DNA of 64,000 bases. Origin: Candidatus Rokubacteria bacterium 13_2_20CM_69_15_1 (GTDB lineage Bacteria; Methylomirabilota; Methylomirabilia; Rokubacteriales; CSP1-6). The translations under genes and the position numbers were made by a program. This document shows, piece by piece, positions 19,812 to 27,902 of this stretch. The stretch covers positions 3,791 to 67,790 of the forward strand of contig MNCR01000052.1 of NCBI GenBank assembly GCA_001914535.1, in the 5' to 3' direction. The notes beneath the pieces were generated by a model, which did not search any database, was not told the DNA's origin, and saw only the letters and a program-made list of their open reading frames with translations. The first letter of the stretch is position 1; every line of letters begins with the position of its first letter.

Positions 19812-20275
19812 TGCGTCGCTCCTTTCTGGCCGGCCACACGCTGGATGGCGGCGCGAATTCGAGAGTAGGTGCCGCAGCGGCAGATGTTCCCGCTCATCGC
19901 CGCGTCGATGTCGGCGTCTGTTGGCTTGGGGTTTTGCTTCAGCAGCGCCGTGGCGGACATGACCTGGCCGGCCTGGCAGTAACCGCACTGGGGCACGCCG
20001 ACCTCGACCCACGCCGTCTGCACGGCTTTGCCCACCCGGTCCGCGCCGATCCCCTCGACGGTAGTGATCTTCCGTTGCGCCGCCGCCGAGATCGGCGTGA
20101 CGCACGAGCGCGTGGGTTGGCCATCGAGGTGCACGGTGCAGGCGCCGCACAGCGCGATCCCGCACCCGAACTTGGTCCCGGTCAATCCAAGGACATCGCG
20201 CAACGCCCACAGAAGCGGAGTGTCCGGAGCCACGTCCACTTGTTGCGTTTTGCCGTTCACGTTGAGCGTTACCAT
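19808..20275 (-). CDS. (2Fe-2S)-binding small subunit of molybdenum hydroxylase (CoxS/IorA-like)
   Basis: [12 protein letters not shown] and CGYCQAG...CRCGTY two-cluster motifs. 155 aa. Confidence 0.9.
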   Translation of the reverse strand: MVTLNVNGKTQQVDVAPDTPLLWALRDVLGLTGTKFGCGIALCGACTVHLDGQPTRSCVTPISAAAQRKITTVEGIGADRVGKAVQTAWVEVGVPQCGYCQAGQVMSATALLKQNPKPTDADIDAAMSGNICRCGTYSRIRAAIQRVAGQKGATQ

Positions 20276-20383
20276 GTGTCCCTCCCTCAGGAGTGAGACT
20301 TCGCGGACCCCTGTCGAACGCGAGTTCAGCAGTTGCCCGCGGATGCCCGCGGGCTCGCGTGGTTTGGTGAGCTCATCCCCAAC

Positions 20384-20788
20384 TTACTCTGTCGCTGTGA
20401 CCGTCGCCTCGAACGGCGCCGCCCTGATGTCGAGCTCGCCGCCGTTATGGTAACTGAACCGAAACACCCCGTGCACGGTGTGGGTGCCGGCGCTCTTCGG
20501 CGTGACACCGACCGTGAAGACGATGCTGCCGTCCTGCACCGACCCGCGCACGACCTCCCGCTCGAACTCGACGCCATCGGAGGCCGCCAGTTTGATGATC
20601 CTGTGACGATAGGAGTCCGTGAGCCTGAATCCATCGCCCATCGAGATCGTCGCCACGATGACCGCCTTCTCGCCCACTCGGGCCGACGCGTTCTGGACGC
20701 TGATGACGAAGGAGGATTGCGCGTCGGCGCACACGACCCCCGTCAGGGCGACGACGGCCACGGCGAGACGCGACACGCGACGCGTCAC
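20384..20788 (-). CDS. Small secreted hypothetical protein
   Basis: GTG start after GAGG. Signal peptide RRVSRLAVAVVALTGVVCADA. Beta-rich, about 135 aa. No recognisable family. Confidence 0.4.
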   Translation of the reverse strand: MTRRVSRLAVAVVALTGVVCADAQSSFVISVQNASARVGEKAVIVATISMGDGFRLTDSYRHRIIKLAASDGVEFEREVVRGSVQDGSIVFTVGVTPKSAGTHTVHGVFRFSYHNGGELDIRAAPFEATVTATE

Positions 20789-20874
20789 CACCTCGGATCG
20801 TGCTCTCCGGATCGGGCGGGCCGGTTGCTCTGGGAGCAACCGGCTCGCCCGGTCGTACGGGCTCGTCGCGACGC

Positions 20875-22596
20875 CTATTTCGAGACCGCGAAGACCCAGA
20901 TGACGCCGCCCTGCGGCACGTCCTTGGGCCAGCCGAGGAGATCGCCGAGTAGACCCTGTTGGAATGCCGGGTCGACGCCCCAACCCGACACGACGCTCAC
21001 GTACTGGACACCGTCCACCGCGAAGGATGACGGCGGCGCGATGATGCCGGAGTTCGTGGTGAACTGCCACAACACCTTCCCCGTGCCCGCGTCGAAGGCC
21101 CGGAAATTGCGGTCATTCGTCCCGCCCGCGAAGACGAGCCCGCCGCCGGTGGTCAGAACCCCTCCCCAGCTCATCGAGTCGGGGTACTGGTGGCTCCACG
21201 CCCGCTTCCCCGAGTTGACGTCCCAGGCCTGGATCTCGCCGAAGTACTTCGCGCCCTTGTCGACGGTGAAGCCGATATCGGGGATGTCCACGCCCGTCCA
21301 CCACTGCCCCGCGACGTATTGCTGCACCTTGCCTTCCATGAACCCGCAGTGGTTATCGTTGGCCGGAATGAACAACCGCCCCGTCTTGGGGTTATAAGCG
21401 GCGTTCGGCCAGTCCTTGCCGCCCCAGAGCGACGGACAGAACTCGGCGCGCTTGCCCGTCTTTGGAATCCGCTCCTCGTGGTAGGCAGGACGTCCGGTCT
21501 GCTGATCGACGCTCCTGAACACGTTCTGCTTGACGTACGCGGTGGCGGACACGAACCCGATCCGCTCACGGCTCCGCTCCAGCAGGTACAGATAGCCGTT
21601 GCGCGCCGGGTGCACCAGTCCCTTGATCGTCCGCCCGTCCTTCTGATAGTCGATAACGAGCGGCGCATCCGGCTCGTCCCAGTCCCACGATTCGTTCCAC
21701 TGGTACTGGAAGTGGCCCTTCATCATGCCCGTCGCGGGATCGAGGGCGACGGTGGACGACGTGAAGAGGTTGTCGCCCGGGCGCTGATCTCCGAACCAGG
21801 GCGAAGCGTTTCCGGTGCCCCAGTACGTCAGCTCGAGCTCGGGGTCATAGGTGCCCGTCAACCAGACAGACGCGCCTCCGCGTTTCCAGGCCTCGCCCGA
21901 CCAGGTCTCGTGGCCGGGCTCGCCGGGGCCGGGGATGGTGTATGTCTTCCAGACGGGCTCGCCGCTCTGCGCGTCGAAGGCCTGAACGAAGCCCCGGACA
22001 CCGAACTCGCCGCCGGACACGCCGACCATGACCCTACCCTTCGCCACGAGCGGGGCGAGCGTCATGTAATAGCCGGTTTTGTAGTCCTCGACCTTCCGCG
22101 ACCAGACCTGCTTTCCCGTCTTGGCGTCGAGGGCGACTAGATGGCAGTCCAGGCTCGCCACGTATACCTTATCGCCGTACAGGGCGATCCCGCGGCTCGT
22201 GTTGTGCAGGGCCTTGAAATCCTCAGGCAGTTCCCGCTTGTATCGCCAGAGTAGCTTGCCGGTCTTCGCATCCAGCGCGATGACCTGACTGTAAGGGGTC
22301 GGGACGAACATCACGCCGTTGTTGACGAGGGGAGGCGCCTCGTGCCCCGAGTCCACCCCTGTCGAGAAGGCCCAGACGGGAGTCAACCTCCTCACGTTGC
22401 CGGCGGTGATCTGCGACAGGGGACTGTAGCCCCACCCCTGATAGTTGCCGCGGATCTGTAGCCAGTTCTCGGGTTCCGGTGTGACGAGCCGTTGATCGGT
22501 CACAGGGCTGTATCTGGCCTGAGCTACCGCCGTCACCGGCAGCACCAGAAGGCCAAGGACCGCTACGAGTGCCGCAAGGGCTCTGGTTGTCTTCAC
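20875..22596 (-). CDS. PQQ-dependent alcohol (methanol/ethanol family) dehydrogenase, periplasmic
   Basis: GTG at 22596 after a GGAGGAGG RBS. Sec signal peptide. Eight-bladed propeller W-motifs. NWLxxRGNYQGWGYSPL N-terminal signature. Confidence 0.85.
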   Translation of the reverse strand: MKTTRALAALVAVLGLLVLPVTAVAQARYSPVTDQRLVTPEPENWLQIRGNYQGWGYSPLSQITAGNVRRLTPVWAFSTGVDSGHEAPPLVNNGVMFVPTPYSQVIALDAKTGKLLWRYKRELPEDFKALHNTSRGIALYGDKVYVASLDCHLVALDAKTGKQVWSRKVEDYKTGYYMTLAPLVAKGRVMVGVSGGEFGVRGFVQAFDAQSGEPVWKTYTIPGPGEPGHETWSGEAWKRGGASVWLTGTYDPELELTYWGTGNASPWFGDQRPGDNLFTSSTVALDPATGMMKGHFQYQWNESWDWDEPDAPLVIDYQKDGRTIKGLVHPARNGYLYLLERSRERIGFVSATAYVKQNVFRSVDQQTGRPAYHEERIPKTGKRAEFCPSLWGGKDWPNAAYNPKTGRLFIPANDNHCGFMEGKVQQYVAGQWWTGVDIPDIGFTVDKGAKYFGEIQAWDVNSGKRAWSHQYPDSMSWGGVLTTGGGLVFAGGTNDRNFRAFDAGTGKVLWQFTTNSGIIAPPSSFAVDGVQYVSVVSGWGVDPAFQQGLLGDLLGWPKDVPQGGVIWVFAVSK

Positions 22597-22663
22597 GGTC
22601 GTCCCCTCCTCCTCGGATCGGGTTTGTACGACTGAAGCGCGGTGCGGTGTAGAGAGAGCTCCC

Positions 22664-23293
22664 TCATAGGCGTTCGCCTCCGACTCGGCCCGTGAACTCA
22701 CCGGCCACCGTCAAGACGCCGTCGACCGTCTTGATGGGCAGCATAGGGAGCCGCCGAGGCGCAGGCCCATCGACGACGCGGGCGCGGTCCCGGGGGTCGA
22801 ATTGGGTCGCGTGGCAGGCGCAGAAGAGCGTCTTTGCCTGGGCTTGCCACATCGAGACCGTGCATCCCTGATGCGTGCAGACCGCCGAGTACGCCACGAC
22901 GCCGTCTACCGCGAGCGGCCGAGTCTCGTCGGTGAGCTGCGTGGGATCCAAGCGGATGAGCGCCGCCAGGTTGAGGGTCGACCCGTTTCGCACGATCTTC
23001 GCGACAGGGTCCATCGGGTAGGCGAGCTGTTGAGGCCCGCCCAACGGCAGGTCCTCCGGCGTGACGATCTGACCCTCCTTGTCGCCGAACGCGAACACGA
23101 GACGATCACCCTCCTGTGGCCGGGCCGTCCTCGGATCGTCGGCCCGGGCGAAGGCGCCGTCGGGGACAGACAAACACAGCCCCAGCCCGATGGCCGCCGT
23201 CAAGAATGCGCGACGCCCCTGGGCACGATCCCGAGAGTTGCCGGCGCGCCCTCCGGGGGGATCGCCGCATGAAGTCCGGCGCGCGAGCCTCAC
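22664..23293 (-). CDS. Rieske (2Fe-2S) protein with Tat signal
   Basis: GTG at 23293 after AGGAGAGG. RRAFLTAAIGLGL twin-arginine motif. CTHQGC...CACH Rieske boxes. Confidence 0.75.
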   Translation of the reverse strand: MRLARRTSCGDPPGGRAGNSRDRAQGRRAFLTAAIGLGLCLSVPDGAFARADDPRTARPQEGDRLVFAFGDKEGQIVTPEDLPLGGPQQLAYPMDPVAKIVRNGSTLNLAALIRLDPTQLTDETRPLAVDGVVAYSAVCTHQGCTVSMWQAQAKTLFCACHATQFDPRDRARVVDGPAPRRLPMLPIKTVDGVLTVAGEFTGRVGGERL

Positions 23294-23557
23294 GGTGCCT
23301 CTCCTCTGGTTTTGTGGGTATGGGCACATCTCAAGCGACTTGGCCACCACTCGGCGCCATCCCCTGGTGGCGTCGTGGAGACAGCTGTAGACACCAACGC
23401 ATAGACCCGAGCATCGCCTTCTGTCAAGTAGGAAAAGGCGACCCCAGTCGTTTCGCGTGTTCCCGCACGGCCAACCTCGACTGGACGTACGTGCGCCCTC
23501 CTGCGATGATCGCCCCGGAGCGCGCCGGTCGTTACCGGGGCGGAAAGGGGACACGTC

Positions 23558-23983
23558 ATGAGCGTGCCGGGGAATTCATGGACGGCAAACTGGGGGCCGG
23601 TTCCCCTCCGGCTCGTCGTCGGGCTCGTCTTCGTCGTTCACGGCGCTCAGAAGCTTTTCGTCTTCGGTCTCGGCGGTGCTGCGGGCTTCATGGGCAAGGT
23701 TGGCATCCCGCTGCCCTTCCTCGCGGCGGGGGTCGTGACCGCCGTGGAGCTGCTCGGAGGGTCGGCGCTCATCCTTGGCTGGGGCACTCGATTGGCAGCG
23801 GCTCTCCTGGCGTTCGACATGCTCGTGGCCATCCTGGTCGTGAAGCTCGGCGCGGGCTTCGTGGGTGGTTACGAGTTCGAGCTCACGCTACTTGGCGCCT
23901 GCCTGAGCCTGGCGCTCATGGGCGCCGGGCCCGTGTCGCTTCGTACGGTCTGCTCGCGTCGCGCGGGAGACACGGCGGGTTAG
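23558..23983 (+). CDS. DoxX family membrane protein
   Basis: 141 aa, four TM helices, DoxX-like LRLVVGLVFVVHGAQKL. Confidence 0.8.
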   Translation: MSVPGNSWTANWGPVPLRLVVGLVFVVHGAQKLFVFGLGGAAGFMGKVGIPLPFLAAGVVTAVELLGGSALILGWGTRLAAALLAFDMLVAILVVKLGAGFVGGYEFELTLLGACLSLALMGAGPVSLRTVCSRRAGDTAG

Positions 23984-24008
23984 GCCCGTAGCGCGAGAGG
24001 AGGAGGTC

Positions 24009-24782
24009 ATGGGCCAGGGCTTCGCATTGTTCGCGGGTACCTCGCCGGAGATCATCCGCGCCTCAGCGCGGGAGGCGGAAGCGCTCGGGTACAGCTCCTT
24101 CTGGGTGAACCATCCGGGCGCGACCGACGGACTCGTGGCGCTCGCCCTGGCGGCGCGAGAGACACGGCGCATCGAGCTCGGGATCGGCGTGATCCCCCTC
24201 CACACGCGCGGACCGGAGAGCATCGTCCAGGGCGTGCGATCCAACGCGCTGCCCCTCGGTCGTCTCCTCCTCGGCGTCGGAAGCCCGAACCCGGGCGCTC
24301 TCCGACGCGTGCGCGACGGAATCGCCGCGCTCGGGTCCCAGCTTTCGACGCGCCTCGTGGTGGCGGCTCTCGGTCCTCAGATGTGCCGCCTGGCCGGGGA
24401 GGTCGCCGATGGCGTGCTCTTCAACTGGCTCACTCCCGAGCATGCGCGTCGCTCGGCCGAGTGGGTGCGCGCCGGCGCGGCCGCGGCGGACCGGCGGCCG
24501 CCAAAGCGCTTCGCGTACGTTCGTGTCGCGCTCGGGCCTGCCGCGTGCGACCGGCTGGTGGAGGAGGCGGCCCGGTACGCCGCGATCCCGGCGTACGCGG
24601 CCCACTTCGCGCGCATGGGAGTGAAGCCGGTGGACACGGCGATCGCGGCGCAGAGCCCGGACGCCCTCGCGCCGGCGCTCGGGAAGTGGCAGGGCGTGGT
24701 CGACGAGGTGGTCATCCGCGCCATCACCGGCACGGACACGGTCGACGAGAACCTCGCGCTTCTTAGAGCGGCGACGCCGTAG
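24009..24782 (+). CDS. LLM-class (luciferase-like) F420/flavin-dependent oxidoreductase
   Basis: TIM-barrel LLM signatures (GYSSFWVNHP, IELGIGVIPL). Confidence 0.8.
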   Translation: MGQGFALFAGTSPEIIRASAREAEALGYSSFWVNHPGATDGLVALALAARETRRIELGIGVIPLHTRGPESIVQGVRSNALPLGRLLLGVGSPNPGALRRVRDGIAALGSQLSTRLVVAALGPQMCRLAGEVADGVLFNWLTPEHARRSAEWVRAGAAAADRRPPKRFAYVRVALGPAACDRLVEEAARYAAIPAYAAHFARMGVKPVDTAIAAQSPDALAPALGKWQGVVDEVVIRAITGTDTVDENLALLRAATP

Positions 24783-24860
24783 CGATCGGAGGGTCGACAC
24801 ACCTCCGCGCTTCGTGTACAAGGATGACATCGAGGCCGCAAAACGGGAGGAGAGGACGAC

Positions 24861-25460
24861 ATGGCCCAGCTGAGGATTCCTCTGGACGCGCAGCGATTCG
24901 CCAAAGGCCTGACCTGGAAGGAGTACATGGCCCAGATGGGCGACACTCGGGCCCGCACCGAGGACTTCTACCAGAAGGCGACGTTGACCGAAGAGGAACG
25001 GAAGTTCTTCGGCGGGATCCGCCAGGTCCCGTACGTGCTCATGCTCGCCGAGAACTGGTGCGGTGACGTTCACCGGAACTCGCCGCTGATCGCGCGCATC
25101 ACGGAAGCGATGCCGAGCTGCGAGCTGCGCGTGTTCTTACGGGATGCGAACCCGGACCTGCGCGACGCCTTCCTCAACAATGGCTACCAGTCCATCCCGG
25201 TCGTGGTCTTCTTCGACCGTGACTGGAACGAGATCGGGCGCTGGATCGAGCGTGCGCACGCCGCGACCGCCAAGGTCGTCGGGATCCGGGCCAAGACGCT
25301 CGAGCTCGCGCCCCCGGACAAGCAGGACGCCGCGATGGCCGAGTACCGGAAGCAGATCCAGAAAGAGTACGAGGTGCCCGGCGGCCCGCTGTGGCGCGCC
25401 GCCGCCCAGGAGATCCGGCTGCTGCTGGAGCAGCGGCTGGGGCTCGCGGCCAAGAAGTAG
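24861..25460 (+). CDS. Thioredoxin-fold family protein
   Basis: 199 aa. Trx-like fold with a WCGDV (single-Cys) motif. Confidence 0.5.
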   Translation: MAQLRIPLDAQRFAKGLTWKEYMAQMGDTRARTEDFYQKATLTEEERKFFGGIRQVPYVLMLAENWCGDVHRNSPLIARITEAMPSCELRVFLRDANPDLRDAFLNNGYQSIPVVVFFDRDWNEIGRWIERAHAATAKVVGIRAKTLELAPPDKQDAAMAEYRKQIQKEYEVPGGPLWRAAAQEIRLLLEQRLGLAAKK

Positions 25461-25511
25461 CGTCGGGTCGGTCCGCGCAACGCGGACGACGGTCGACGGA
25501 GCGCGTCGGCG

Positions 25512-26681
25512 ATGGTGGAGACCACTCAGAGTCTGCTCGCGATCGCGCGTGCCATCAGTGAGACGACCGACCTCACCGAGACGCTGCGGCGCGTCTGCCG
25601 CGAACTGTCGCGCCTGACCCGCGCGGAGACGGTGGCCGCCTACCTGCTCGACGCCGAGGGCACGGAGATCCGGCCGGTCGCCGCGTATCACGTCCCCGCG
25701 CACACGCTCGAGCTCTTGCGGGCGACGGCCCTTCCGGTCGCCGCGCAGGGGTTCGCCGAGAGCGTGTTCACGGCGGGGCGCGTGGCCTGGAGCGACGACG
25801 TGCAGAACGATCCTCGGTTCGCGTTCCCCCTGTTTCGGGTGTTCCCGCATCAGTCCGGCCTGATCATTCCACTCCAGGTCGGCGGCGTGGTGGCCGGCGC
25901 GTTCTATCTCGTCTGGTGGCGCACGCGGCAGCAGCAGCCTGAGGCCGGAGTGACGATCCTCGCAGCCATCGGGCAGCTGGTCGGGGTGCTGCTCCAGAAC
26001 GTCGGGCTCGCGCGCCTGGCGGAGGCGCGCCGCGGGTCGGCCGAGGCCGCGGAGGAGCGATACCGCCTGCTCTTCGAGGAGAACCTGGCGGGCATTCTGC
26101 GGACGCGGCGGGACGGTCGGATCCTCGACTGCAACGAGAGCCTCGCACGCCTGCTGGGCTACGCGTCACGCCAGGAGGTTCTCGGCCGCAACGCGCGAGA
26201 CTTCTATCTGGATCCGGGCGACCGCGAGAGAGTCCTGAGGGGCATCGAGCCCGGCGCCACGGCGAACGCGCGCGAGGTCTACTGGCGGCGCCGCGACGGC
26301 ACGCCGATCTGGCTTCGCGTGAACCTCCGGGCGACGGGCGACGGCTCGTTCGAGGGGATTCTCGTCGACATCTCAGACGGCAAGCGCGTCGCGCAGGCGG
26401 AGCGCGAGGCCGCGGAGCTCCGCGCCGTCGCGATGCTCGCGACCGGGGCCGCGCACGAGATCAACAATCCGCTCACGATCCTCCTCGGCCAGCTGACCCT
26501 CCTCGCGCGAGAGAATCCCGGCGGCCCGCGGCTCCCGAAGATCGTCGCGGCCGCCGAGCGAATCCGGGACATCGTCGGCCGCATGGCTGGCATCACCCGG
26601 ATCGAGGTGGCCCAGCAGTCCTCGGCAACGCTGCCGCCGATGCTCGACATCCGAAAATCGGGCGACGCCCCCGGCCCGTAG
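25512..26681 (+). CDS. GAF-PAS-HisKA protein lacking an HATPase_c domain
   Basis: N-terminal GAF. Central PAS (LFEENLAGILRTRRDGRILDCNESLARLLGY). H-box AAHEINNPLT. Ends about 60 aa after the H-box with no N/G1/F/G2 boxes. Confidence 0.6.
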   Translation: MVETTQSLLAIARAISETTDLTETLRRVCRELSRLTRAETVAAYLLDAEGTEIRPVAAYHVPAHTLELLRATALPVAAQGFAESVFTAGRVAWSDDVQNDPRFAFPLFRVFPHQSGLIIPLQVGGVVAGAFYLVWWRTRQQQPEAGVTILAAIGQLVGVLLQNVGLARLAEARRGSAEAAEERYRLLFEENLAGILRTRRDGRILDCNESLARLLGYASRQEVLGRNARDFYLDPGDRERVLRGIEPGATANAREVYWRRRDGTPIWLRVNLRATGDGSFEGILVDISDGKRVAQAEREAAELRAVAMLATGAAHEINNPLTILLGQLTLLARENPGGPRLPKIVAAAERIRDIVGRMAGITRIEVAQQSSATLPPMLDIRKSGDAPGP

Positions 26682-26744
26682 AGGGACCGCCGCGCGCCGC
26701 GAGTGGACCGCGAATCCCCGATCCGCCCTCTCCGGCGCCCGAAG

Positions 26745-26800
26745 TACTGACGCCGCGGACGCCTCTGCTATGATTTGAACTGGTTCAACTCCGGACGATT
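26745..26800 (+). promoter_or_regulatory. Candidate sigma-70 promoter (CTGACG-16-TATGAT) followed by the palindrome TTGAACtgGTTCAA
   Basis: An AT-richer island in a 70% GC background, about 60 bp upstream of the TPR gene. Confidence 0.3.
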
Positions 26801-26832
26801 GCCGAGGAGGCCGTGGTCTGACTCAGAGAGTC

Positions 26833-27879
26833 GTGCGCTTGCTCCTCCTCGTCGGAATCGCAGAGGCCGCGTGCGCCACGCCGACGCCCCAGGCCCGTGC
26901 GCAGGCGTATCTCGCCGAGGGCCAGGCCTTCATCGCCCGGGGCGAGATGGCGTCGGCCGCAAGCGCGCTGCGCGCGGCGCTCCGCCTCCAACCCGACCTG
27001 GTCCAGGCCCGCTCGAGCCTCGGGCAGGCACTCTACGGTATGGGCGATCTCGACGCCGCGGTCGAAGAGCTCCGCGCGACCGTGCGACGGCGGCCCGACG
27101 CCGTATCGGCGCGGCTGACCCTGGCCGCGGCGCTCGTGGCGAAGCAGGACTGGGCGGCGGCGCGCGTCGAGCTCGAGCAAGTCCTCGAGGAGCGCCCCGA
27201 CCTCCTCCAGGCGTACTACAGCCTGGGCGTCGCGCGCTACGCGCAGGGCGATCGCGTCGGCGCGATCGACGCGTACCGCCGCGTCCTCGCGCGCGACCCG
27301 CAGCACCAGGACGCGCGCTACAACATGGCGCTCGTGCTGAAGCTGGTACACCGCGACGTCGAGGCGGCGTCGGAGTTCCTCACCGCCGCGCAGGCCGGGC
27401 ACGCGCAGGCGCAGTACTTCGCGGGCACGGCCTACGCCGAGGGGTTCGGTGTCGAGCGCGATCTGGTGACCGCGATCACGTGGTGGTTTCGGGCGGCCGA
27501 GCAGGGGGTGACGCAGGCCGAGGAAGCGCTCGCACAGCTTCGGCAGCTGGCGCTCGGGCGGAGCCGGCGTGTGTCGACCGATCGCCAGGCCGTCGAGCAG
27601 GCGTTCCGGGACTACCGGGCCGCACTCTGGCGGGACTTCCCGGACCTGGTATCGAACGGCGACGACACGGTGGGCGGGGCGCTCCTGCGCCGGGGGCGCG
27701 CGCGCGAGGCGGTGCCGGTGCTGATCCGGGAGGCCTCCGCGCTGAGCGAGCCGGCCGAGCGGCTGCTCGAGACCCTCTATGACCAGGGCGTCCAGGGATT
27801 GCTGCCCGCGCATGACGCGCAAATCCGCGGCTACTTCGGCCGCGCGGCCGCCGAGGGTCTGCGCACGCCGACCCGCTAG
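26833..27879 (+). CDS. TPR/Sel1-repeat protein
   Basis: Signal-peptide-like N-terminus. Repeated TPR units, and Sel1-like AQAQYFAGTAYAEGFGVERDLVTAITWWFRAAEQG. Confidence 0.7.
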   Translation: MRLLLLVGIAEAACATPTPQARAQAYLAEGQAFIARGEMASAASALRAALRLQPDLVQARSSLGQALYGMGDLDAAVEELRATVRRRPDAVSARLTLAAALVAKQDWAAARVELEQVLEERPDLLQAYYSLGVARYAQGDRVGAIDAYRRVLARDPQHQDARYNMALVLKLVHRDVEAASEFLTAAQAGHAQAQYFAGTAYAEGFGVERDLVTAITWWFRAAEQGVTQAEEALAQLRQLALGRSRRVSTDRQAVEQAFRDYRAALWRDFPDLVSNGDDTVGGALLRRGRAREAVPVLIREASALSEPAERLLETLYDQGVQGLLPAHDAQIRGYFGRAAAEGLRTPTR

Positions 27880-27902
27880 GAGGATTCGGGATTCTCCGCC
27901 GC

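Noticed and set aside
20384-21070. 228-aa ORF as the full length of the small secreted protein
   Set aside because: The N-terminal 94 residues are an Arg-rich shadow extension. A GTG after GAGG at about 20788 gives a normal signal peptide start.
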